Of a stretch of 64,000 nucleotides of DNA, positions 27,689 to 34,806 are shown piece by piece. The notes under the pieces are model-generated. The model made no database searches and was not told where the DNA came from. It saw nothing but the letters and a program-made list of their open reading frames with translations. The position numbers and the translations under genes were made by a program. The DNA is from Sedimentisphaerales bacterium (lineage in GTDB: Bacteria; Planctomycetota; Phycisphaerae; Sedimentisphaerales; Anaerobacaceae), in NCBI GenBank assembly GCA_040772485.1, contig JAXGYC010000007.1, positions 288,001 through 352,000 on the forward strand, given 5' to 3'. Each line of letters opens with the position of its first letter. Position 1 is the first letter of the stretch.

Positions 27689-28291
27689 ATGCGTATCCCC
27701 AAGGGTTTCAGGTTTCACGAGGCGAGTGACCCCAAACCAGAGCCTCAAAAAGAAGAGAAGCTTACCCTCGAACAAAGACTGGCAGAGCTCCAATCGAAAG
27801 ATAACGAACTCTATTCGGCGGTCTACGGGAAGGGTGTGACAAAGGGCAAGAAGGAAGTCACGGAGGCCCATCTGCACGAGGCCCAGGATGAGCGCTATCA
27901 GAAGATCCATCAGGCCTTGGCACAGGAGCGAATAGCCAGAGCCCTGCTGGAGAAGGCCACCGCGAAGGGATTCTTTGTGCCAGAGGATGCAGTCGAAATC
28001 CTGCAACACTCTCTGGAGTTGAATGATGAATTGGAAATCGTCGATTCCTCTACGAAGGAAAAGACGGATGTTGATGCTGCGATTGACTCGCTCGCTAATA
28101 GGAAGCCGCATCTCGTCAAGTCGAAGCAGAAGCCCGGCACGGGAACAACCCCTCCACCGAAGGATTACGGCAACGGGAAGTCGGACAAGCCTACCTTCAA
28201 GAGGTCCCAACTCCGAGACTCGGCATTTTATCAGGCGAATGAGGCGGCAATCCTCGAAGCAGCGAGAGACAACCGCATCATCAACGACTGA
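27689..28291 (+). CDS. Phage capsid scaffolding protein (putative)
   Basis: Charged coiled-coil protein directly upstream of the capsid gene, with KPHLVK..PGTG linker and C-terminal FYQANEAAILEAARDNRII helix typical of scaffolds. Confidence 0.75.
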   Translation: MRIPKGFRFHEASDPKPEPQKEEKLTLEQRLAELQSKDNELYSAVYGKGVTKGKKEVTEAHLHEAQDERYQKIHQALAQERIARALLEKATAKGFFVPEDAVEILQHSLELNDELEIVDSSTKEKTDVDAAIDSLANRKPHLVKSKQKPGTGTTPPPKDYGNGKSDKPTFKRSQLRDSAFYQANEAAILEAARDNRIIND

Positions 28292-28304
28292 GAAAGGTAC
28301 AAAC

Positions 28305-29258
28305 ATGAATACGAAGCTGTATTTGCCGCGAGGCTTTAAGTTCCACGAGAACATCACCGTTACCGAAGCCGCCGTGTTCATCCCGGAGATATGGGCACAG
28401 AGCACGCTCAAGAACATCTACGCCAAGTCGGCCATGATCGGTTCGGTGGCCAAGGACTATCAGGCTGAGATCAACTCGAAGGGCGACGTGGTCCACGTGC
28501 AGAAACGTGGTACATTGACTTCCCACGAGAAGCTCGCCAATACGCCGGTCACGCTTCAGACCCCGTCCGGTTCGACCGTGCCTGTTACCTTGACCAACCA
28601 CAAAGAAGTTTCGTTCATGGTCGAGGACGTGGCCGAGGCCCAGGCTACCCCGTCCATCCTGGCGGGATACACGGCCGACGCTGCCGAGGTTCTGGCGAAG
28701 GATATCGAGATTGAACTGTGCGGCATCTATGCCAATGCTCGGTATATCGCAGGCCACGATCTTGATTGGGACGCGACCGACGGCGATTCCAAGTTGGAAT
28801 CGCTGATCGGCTTGCGGACTGCTTTGGTGGTCAATGCCAAGTGCCCTGAGTCGGAGCCGCGATACATCGTCACCAAAGACTATGGTGTTGAGTACCTTGA
28901 CGTGGATAAGTTCACGTCCAAGGAGTTCATCACCAATCAGTCGATTCAGACCGGACAGGTTGGTACTATTCTCGGGTTCAACGTGAAGGAAAGCTCCGAG
29001 ATTATCACGACGCTCTCACCGACTGTGGTTCATCGTTTGGCTTTCGCGAAGTCGGCAATCTGTCTGGTGACTCGGCGTCTGGCCGACCCGCCTGCCGGCA
29101 CCGGCGCTAAAGGCCAAACCGTCTCCGCCGACGGTGTCGGCATGAGAGCGCTTGCCGGGTATAACATGGATCATCTTTCCATGCAAGTAACCGTCGACAT
29201 TCTGTACGGCACGCAGATCATGAAGCCGGAATGGATGTTCCAGTTGCTCGACGCGTAA
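28305..29258 (+). CDS. Major capsid protein (P22-coat/N4-gp56-like, HK97 fold)
   Basis: 317 aa; FIPEIWA, KDYQAEI..KGDVVHV, SF.VEDV..AQ, GQVGTILGFNV.ES and DILYG...KPE. AGAAAGG RBS. Confidence 0.85.
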   Translation: MNTKLYLPRGFKFHENITVTEAAVFIPEIWAQSTLKNIYAKSAMIGSVAKDYQAEINSKGDVVHVQKRGTLTSHEKLANTPVTLQTPSGSTVPVTLTNHKEVSFMVEDVAEAQATPSILAGYTADAAEVLAKDIEIELCGIYANARYIAGHDLDWDATDGDSKLESLIGLRTALVVNAKCPESEPRYIVTKDYGVEYLDVDKFTSKEFITNQSIQTGQVGTILGFNVKESSEIITTLSPTVVHRLAFAKSAICLVTRRLADPPAGTGAKGQTVSADGVGMRALAGYNMDHLSMQVTVDILYGTQIMKPEWMFQLLDA

Positions 29259-29304
29259 CGACGCTCTCTCAGGCATTGCTTGCCGATTCCCGTATCTCTC
29301 CTTG

Positions 29305-29341
29305 GAAAGCCGGCCGTGAAAGATCGGTCGGCTTTCTTTTT
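29305..29341 (+). terminator. Intrinsic terminator after the capsid gene
   Basis: GAAAGCCGGCCG-loop-CGGTCGGCTTTC followed by a T tract. Confidence 0.75.
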
Positions 29342-29390
29342 CTGCACGTAAGTTGTGTCGGTGGGTATCACGATTCTGAGGAGTGTAACA

Positions 29391-29750
29391 ATGCCCGCAA
29401 AGATTCAGGACAATTCTGCTGCTTGGTTCCGCGAGTTCGACCGCCGATGCAATCAAGCCCTGCACGATATCGGCGATGCAATCCTCGAGCAAGGCCCGGC
29501 ATTTACTCCGGTCAAGACCGGCGCCACACTGGCTTCTGAGGATAAGATCGTTCATCCCGAAGAGAAGAGCGTTGAGGTTGGAGCCCAAACTGACTACGCC
29601 CCAGCCATCATGACCGGTACCAACCGTCGATCGGGTGAGCCCAATCCTTTCTTGGTTAAGATGCTGCTGGCTGCTAAGCCCAAAATCCGGCATGTTCTTG
29701 ATGAGAGGTTCGGCGACCTTAAAGGTTACAGGCCACCAACGGAGTTCTAA
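29391..29750 (+). CDS. HK97 gp10-like virion morphogenesis/neck protein
   Basis: TPVKTGA..AS, VG..TDYA...TGT.R...PFL pattern; GAGGAG RBS. Confidence 0.7.
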   Translation: MPAKIQDNSAAWFREFDRRCNQALHDIGDAILEQGPAFTPVKTGATLASEDKIVHPEEKSVEVGAQTDYAPAIMTGTNRRSGEPNPFLVKMLLAAKPKIRHVLDERFGDLKGYRPPTEF

Positions 29751-29752
29751 TC

Positions 29753-30028
29753 ATGACCACAAGAGATGAAGAGTATGCTGTTCGCATCATCGAAGACGAT
29801 GGGAGTCTGATGTGTGAGCGGCCCGGCAAGGCATGGAGTATTCAACTCTACGTCGATAGGTTCGGCATCGATCACGTCTTGCTCAGGCCCCTGTTGGATC
29901 GCGAAGGCGATTTCCTCCCTGCTCGTGAATATGGCTTCAAACAATCCCGGATCAAGAAGAACCGAGCCATCGCCGAGGCCAGGCTGCGTAACCGGCAGCC
30001 TCGATTTTGCCCCAAAAGCGAACAGTGA
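29753..30028 (+). CDS. Hypothetical protein (91 aa)
   Basis: Starts 2 nt after the gp10-like stop; no recognisable motif. Confidence 0.5.
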   Translation: MTTRDEEYAVRIIEDDGSLMCERPGKAWSIQLYVDRFGIDHVLLRPLLDREGDFLPAREYGFKQSRIKKNRAIAEARLRNRQPRFCPKSEQ

Positions 30029-30173
30029 AAAAGTCTGGAATATTCTCCTTTGCCTTCCAATCCGCTCGGAATGCGTATGAGTTTCCCACGAAAGCCAAGT
30101 CCCAGCCGTATAAAACCCGTCTCCAAAGAAGCGAAGGGCACGATCTTCCTCGAAACGGGCATCACCCTGAGCG

Positions 30174-30608
30174 ATGAGGATGCCAGTTATGTCGCAAAGT
30201 CAGCCGGACAGAGACGAAGATATCAAAGACCCAAGCTTCCAGGAACCGACGAATAAGCGCCTTACCAGGATGCTTCTCGATGTCGGCACGTCGTATTTGG
30301 TCACTGCCGGCAAGCTTCCCGGCCGCCTCACCCAGGCAGAGGCCGACGCTATGCTCGCCTACATCAACGCCCCACCGACAGACGCTGACTTCGATGACAT
30401 GGACCGGGTGTCCTCGTCCAATTCCTGCCTATCGAAAACCCAGGTCTATATCATCCTCATCCTTCTGTTCGAAGAATACTGGCGCCCAATCGACATCGCC
30501 CAGGCCTTTGACGTGACCGTCAAAGCGATCTACGCAATCAAGCGTGGCCTAATTTGGCCCGGCACCTACCAGCGCTACCGTCGCGATCAAGGCCTCGATT
30601 CCATCTAA
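30174..30608 (+). CDS. HTH DNA-binding protein
   Basis: C-terminal LSKTQV..I...PIDIAQAFDVTVKAIYAIKRG.IW, a phage-type HTH; start uncertain. Confidence 0.6.
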   Translation: MRMPVMSQSQPDRDEDIKDPSFQEPTNKRLTRMLLDVGTSYLVTAGKLPGRLTQAEADAMLAYINAPPTDADFDDMDRVSSSNSCLSKTQVYIILILLFEEYWRPIDIAQAFDVTVKAIYAIKRGLIWPGTYQRYRRDQGLDSI

Positions 30609-31465
30609 CCCCAGGAGTCAATTCTACTGCCAGGACTATCTTGACAATTACTGCCAGGAGTGACCTTCCAGACACCCAATCTGAGGGGTCTCTCACGCAA
30701 TCTATCTCTGCCAGATGTCCATTAGCATTTCACTCACCAATCGCACTGGTCACTCACGGGAGTATGACGCTGTTTGTCCGCTCGGTGTCTGTTGGCCTAC
30801 CCATGCACTGGACTCGCCACCTGTCCCCTTCCCAGGTCGGGACTCCTATGGTTTTGTATCTGCTCGCCTGCCCAAGCCAACCCTCTTATTCCCTTGACTC
30901 GCCTCCCTCGCCCTCGCCTGCTCAATGAAACACAATGGATTTTATGCGACGAAGGCAACCGATCCTCGCACCACCTGTCCTCATGGCTCGCCTGGACCGA
31001 TCCAGCAGGCACACGCATACTCATATACGCGATAGGGCTTTCTTGGGGCCTTCTTGGCGCCTTCTATCTATTATTATAGGGCTATACCGTGCTTTATCGG
31101 AGTGAGTCAGCCTGTCCCTGGGTTATAGCTCCATCGCTTGCCCTGCCCCATAAAGGCCCGCCCCACCGGGAGGGCCTGGGTGGCATTCACGGACGCGGCT
31201 GGATTTATGACCTCATCTAATTATTCGACGTATGCTTAGGACCCCGCCTGAGCCGCAAGATACACCACAGTCACTTTTCGGGATTGGCCCCTCCTACGAA
31301 CAAGTGTCCCGCCTGCCGTTGTCGCACCGTATTCGCGGCCCCCTTCTGCTATCGCGCGAATTCTTGCCGGTTTCCTGGCAAGTAAAAGCGCCGTCAAGAC
31401 TATTGACTACAGATGGGGGCGCGTGGTGCGGCCCCGAACCAGGATTTCTCGGTAGGAGAATGATG

Positions 31466-32302
31466 ATGTCACAAGAAAAGACGCAAGAATTTGACGGTAC
31501 ACAGGCGGGAACAAGGGAGTACGAAGTGGGTACCAAACTGGCATCCAAGGTGTCCCTACATGAGATGTATCGACCTCAGACGTTCGAGGAAGTGGTCGGT
31601 CAAGATGCCGCTGTTAGGAAGATCAAGTTTCTTCTACGCCAACGTTGGGGTTGTCGGGCATGGTGGATTTCCGGTTCCAGCGGTACGGGCAAGACGACTC
31701 TGGCCCGGCTCATCGGCAAGTATCGGCGCGGATTGCTTGAGCCAGAACAGATGCTCCCCAATGACTACCGGATTTGCGAGGTCGATGCGGCTCATTTCAG
31801 TATCGCTAAAGGGCAGGCCGAATTCAGAAACGTAATGCAGTATGCGAATACCTTCGTGATCGTCAATGACGCTCATACGTTATCCCATAAGCTCGTCTTG
31901 GACTTGTCAACCTATCTCGAGAAGGAGATGTCTCGGTTTGTAGATGGCCCCAATATCTTTGAGGATACTTTCTCGGTGTTTGGATCAGTAGCCTTTACCG
32001 CCCTTCGGGATGTTGTCGACGAGCTCAAGGGCAAGAATGCCGACATGGAACCGCTCCTTTCTCGCTTCAATTACATCACACTGACTAAACGCGTTCAGCC
32101 AGACTTTATTGCACATATCAAACGCCTTATCAAAGGGACGGAGTACGACGCTGGTTGTCGTTCCGATGTTGCTTGGGAGAAGATGGCAAAGGAGTGCCAC
32201 GGTAATCTTCGAGTAATGTGGAACAAGATTGAGGCAGGGTGGGCCGCCGGAATCGGTGACGACGCACCAGATGTCGGCGAGGGAGACTCAGAAGCCGTGT
32301 AG
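31466..32302 (+). CDS. Clamp-loader-clade AAA+ ATPase (DnaX/RarA/RFC-like N-terminal module)
   Basis: YRPQTFEEVVGQ, Walker A GSSGTGKTT, altered Walker B VIVNDAH, PLLSRF and GNLR. AGGAG RBS. Confidence 0.8.
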   Translation: MSQEKTQEFDGTQAGTREYEVGTKLASKVSLHEMYRPQTFEEVVGQDAAVRKIKFLLRQRWGCRAWWISGSSGTGKTTLARLIGKYRRGLLEPEQMLPNDYRICEVDAAHFSIAKGQAEFRNVMQYANTFVIVNDAHTLSHKLVLDLSTYLEKEMSRFVDGPNIFEDTFSVFGSVAFTALRDVVDELKGKNADMEPLLSRFNYITLTKRVQPDFIAHIKRLIKGTEYDAGCRSDVAWEKMAKECHGNLRVMWNKIEAGWAAGIGDDAPDVGEGDSEAV

Positions 32303-32770
32303 CCGGTTTGTCACGTTCTCCGCACAACTCTATTTACTCTTTAGATTACAGGAAACTTTCTATGACAGTATATTGGATGTTTTTGAGCAATGTCGGGGTC
32401 CGATGGTTTGCCGGCGGCCCCGCGTGACTCCATCCCTCTCGATTTCCCTGTGACACTTTCACCCGGCCACCGAAGTAGCTATTACACTACGTTCTTTGAC
32501 ATATGCATAGTCGGTAGGCTTTCCGGGTGGCCCTGGAGACTATCGGCAAAGCGACTCAAAGAGCAGATAGAGTTAGGCCGAGGGTGTGGCAGCCCTCGGC
32601 CAGCTATCATCCAATCTAACTCTTCTCCTTTACATGGCGCCTGGTAGTTCCTGGCTCGACCGACCAGGCGCCTATTTTTCCTCCGAAGGCCAACTATGCT
32701 CTATCCGCAGAAATTTCCGCCGATCCCGGCGGCTAACATCAAGACCCATCTCAGTGAAAGCGAATGTACA

Positions 32771-32983
32771 ATGTTCACAGGCAAGATCAAGTGGTACGAT
32801 GAAACGAAGGGATACGGGTTCATCGCGTGTGACGACGGAGGTCCAGACCTATTCTTCCACAGATCTGGCGTCAACACCGACAACGGTTTTCCCATCCTCT
32901 GTCAGGGCGACGCGGTGACGTTCGATGTCGGCGAGGGCCGCAAAGGCCCGCTCGCGGAGAATGTGAAGAAGATCAAGAAGTAG
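32771..32983 (+). CDS. Element-borne cold-shock domain protein
   Basis: GKIKWY..KGYGFI, DLFFHRS and G.KGP.A.NV. Confidence 0.9.
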   Translation: MFTGKIKWYDETKGYGFIACDDGGPDLFFHRSGVNTDNGFPILCQGDAVTFDVGEGRKGPLAENVKKIKK

Positions 32984-32985
32984 CA

Positions 32986-33012
32986 CAACTAAGCCAACTA
33001 AGCCAACTAAGC
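32986..33012 (+). repeat. Three perfect 9-bp tandem repeats (CAACTAAGC)
   Basis: Directly visible just after the csp stop codon. Confidence 0.9.
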
Positions 33013-33021
33013 CCCCAGGTG

Positions 33022-33058
33022 ACAGCCGGTGTCAAGCCAAGTTCCGCCGGCTGTTTCT
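33022..33058. terminator. Hairpin between the convergent csp and TIGR02391-like genes
   Basis: ACAGCCGGTG...CGCCGGCTGT followed by TTCT. Confidence 0.5.
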
Positions 33059-33093
33059 ATTCCTACACCTTGACCTGCTATCCGTTCGTGTCA

Positions 33094-33897
33094 CTAAGGA
33101 CCCTGACGGCGTTTAGTAGCTTCCTGGACTCTATACGCGAGGAGGCTCAGCAACGACATGTACTCAATTGCCCGCTGTTCCGGGCCTTCGGGAAAGGAAT
33201 GGCCACCTGGATTTCTGATGCCGAGGACAGCCCCTTCGAAAAGATGCATCATGCCCTCCTGCTCATCCTGGTCGGTAGCATCAGAGAGATCGTTGAAGGC
33301 CAGGAGTGGGGCATTTCGTGAGAATACAGTCCTGACGAGTTGTGCGCCGTCGAGATCATGACGGCCCGATCGTTCCTTAATGTAATTCACCAACGCCTTG
33401 GCAGCCGCGAAGACTGCTTCCCAATGGTATCCGTCCAGAAATAGGTCGCGGGACACATCGAGGACGCGAGGATGGAGGTTGAGTCGGTCGAAGTAGGTGG
33501 AAGGCGCTGCACCCGGACCGCCCAGGTCTTCTTTCTTCTCCTCGAGTCTCGAGACAAGCCCATTCAGAATCGCGATTACCCGCTGACGGCCGCGTTCCCT
33601 GTGTTCGAAGACTTCTTGTTTGTGCATGCTCGCGCTCACTGCCGCATCCATAACCCTGATGTATTGATGCTCCCTGAACTCCGGCGAGTTCGTGCCAAAC
33701 ACGTCGCGTATGGTCTCGCGCACGTTGCTTATGACGACTCTGTCGAAATCGGTATCCCTGAAAGAGCCCCCTGTTACCCCCGGCTGTTCGAGATCCCGGA
33801 TTCGGCGCTTGAGTTTGGTAATTGCGACGTCAATCTCATCGACAGATTTGAAGACTTGAGGTTCTACCGGCTCCGGATCAGGACGCTTCTTCGTCAT
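33094..33897 (-). CDS. TIGR02391 (Ymh)-family protein with a HEPN-like RxxxxH motif
   Basis: LHPRV...LF.DG.Y..AVF.A.K, DG..L...F, EQEG..LF.GA..GIRNPGGH. Confidence 0.8.
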   Translation of the reverse strand: MTKKRPDPEPVEPQVFKSVDEIDVAITKLKRRIRDLEQPGVTGGSFRDTDFDRVVISNVRETIRDVFGTNSPEFREHQYIRVMDAAVSASMHKQEVFEHRERGRQRVIAILNGLVSRLEEKKEDLGGPGAAPSTYFDRLNLHPRVLDVSRDLFLDGYHWEAVFAAAKALVNYIKERSGRHDLDGAQLVRTVFSRNAPLLAFNDLSDATDQDEQEGMMHLFEGAVLGIRNPGGHSFPEGPEQRAIEYMSLLSLLAYRVQEATKRRQGP

Positions 33898-34009
33898 CAG
33901 CACACCTTGTCATCCCATCATAGACCGTACATTGATCCACCCGATACCCTAAGTGCCGTATGAAACACGTGCAGAACGTCATCAACCCGCACGGGCGGTT
34001 GATTACCCG

Positions 34010-34426
34010 CTAAGGCATGTGAGATCGAATAAGAGCGGCCAAGTCCTGCATCCCGTGTTCTTCGAGATATTTGATAAACACAGGCCACGGTGGTATGTTG
34101 CTTCGATACGGTTCTTCGCAAGCCCCTGTGTACATACCGCCTCCTGGACCGCGATAGAGTCCACCGCCAGGACCGACATACAACCCCCCGCCAGGACCGA
34201 CATACAAGCCCCCGCCTGGGCCAGGATATAATCCCCCTCCGGGGCCTACATACAACCCACCCCCTGGACCGACATACAGGCCGCCCCCAGGCCCTACATA
34301 CATACCGCCACCCGGCCCGACAGACGCTCCGCCACCTGGTCCTATATACCTGCCCCCGCCCGGTCCAATATATAGCCCCCCGCCCGGTCCAGTGTGCTGA
34401 TCTCGTGGCCAAGTGTTTTCAGGCAT
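34010..34426 (-). CDS. Glycine-rich repeat protein, 11 x GPGGGxxx
   Basis: Eleven consecutive 8-aa units with varied codons, plus a 38-aa unique C-terminus. Confidence 0.75.
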   Translation of the reverse strand: MPENTWPRDQHTGPGGGLYIGPGGGRYIGPGGGASVGPGGGMYVGPGGGLYVGPGGGLYVGPGGGLYPGPGGGLYVGPGGGLYVGPGGGLYRGPGGGMYTGACEEPYRSNIPPWPVFIKYLEEHGMQDLAALIRSHMP

Positions 34427-34631
34427 TTAGTTCCGCTCCATTTGAATACGTCCAACACCAATCAGATTGCCACATAAGGGACCCCTTCCGTTTCAAGCAC
34501 CACAGAGGATACTCGCCAAACACTGCCAATCCTATGCAGGCAAGGAGCTTTGTCAAGAAGTCTCCTGCTGTTTCAAACCCGATTTCTGCTACCTACCAGT
34601 CGCAGATTTTTCACTTTGGCCAATTTTTCCC

Positions 34632-34660
34632 TTGCGCTCTCAGCTTACTTATGTTATACT
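34632..34660 (+). promoter_or_regulatory. Outward-facing sigma70 promoter next to the right att repeat
   Basis: TTGCGC-17 bp-TATACT with extended -10 (TGtTATACT). Confidence 0.6.
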
Positions 34661-34675
34661 GGATTTATGGAGTCT

Positions 34676-34741
34676 TTAAGCTGACAAATTGTTCATCTGA
34701 CACCCGAAGCTCTTGATGTGTACGGTTCGCGTGTTATTCAT
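34676..34741 (-). pseudogene. miaB: Displaced original 5' end of miaB (MNNTRTVHIKSFGCQMNNLSA*)
   Basis: Translates to the MiaB N-terminal motif and stops a few codons after entering element sequence. Confidence 0.9.
34689..34724 (+). repeat. Right att repeat
   Basis: TTGTTCATCTGACACCCGAAGCTCTTgATGTGTACG. Confidence 0.95.
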
Positions 34742-34747
34742 CCGTCC

Positions 34748-34776
34748 ACTATACCGGCGGGAGGCATGGAAATCAA
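34748..34776 (-). promoter_or_regulatory. Original host miaB promoter (leaderless type)
   Basis: Minus strand TTGATT-17 bp-TATAGT, 6 nt before ATG 34741. Confidence 0.7.
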
Positions 34777-34806
34777 ACGCTGACAGCGCGCCCTGCGAAG
34801 CCCGGC

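Larger units (their letters stand above)
25089..34724. mobile_element. Integrated 9.6-kb capsid-encoding element (phage satellite-like or reduced prophage) in the 5' end of miaB
   Basis: 36-bp direct repeats exactly 9,600 bp apart; integrase next to the left repeat; capsid and scaffold genes; visibly more AT-rich than the flanks. Confidence 0.92.

Noticed and set aside
28023..28304. Open frame upstream of the capsid ATG suggesting a scaffold-capsid frameshift fusion
   Set aside because: No slippery site was identified, and the capsid has its own RBS and leader motif.
30554..31079. Several short ORFs in the element's gene-poor region
   Set aside because: They overlap each other, lack RBSs and motifs, and have low-complexity translations.
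31466..32302. Chromosomal dnaX
   Set aside because: Too short, lacks the Zn module and canonical DEAH, and lies inside the mobile element.
34127..34390. CRISPR array
   Set aside because: The period is 24 bp with degenerate third positions, there are no unique spacers and no cas genes; it is a coding repeat.
34632..34659. dif-like XerCD site (TTATGTTATAC resembles the XerD arm)
   Set aside because: The XerC arm matches poorly at the 6-bp spacing and the sequence is better explained as a sigma70 promoter. Not fully excluded given the XerD-like gene.
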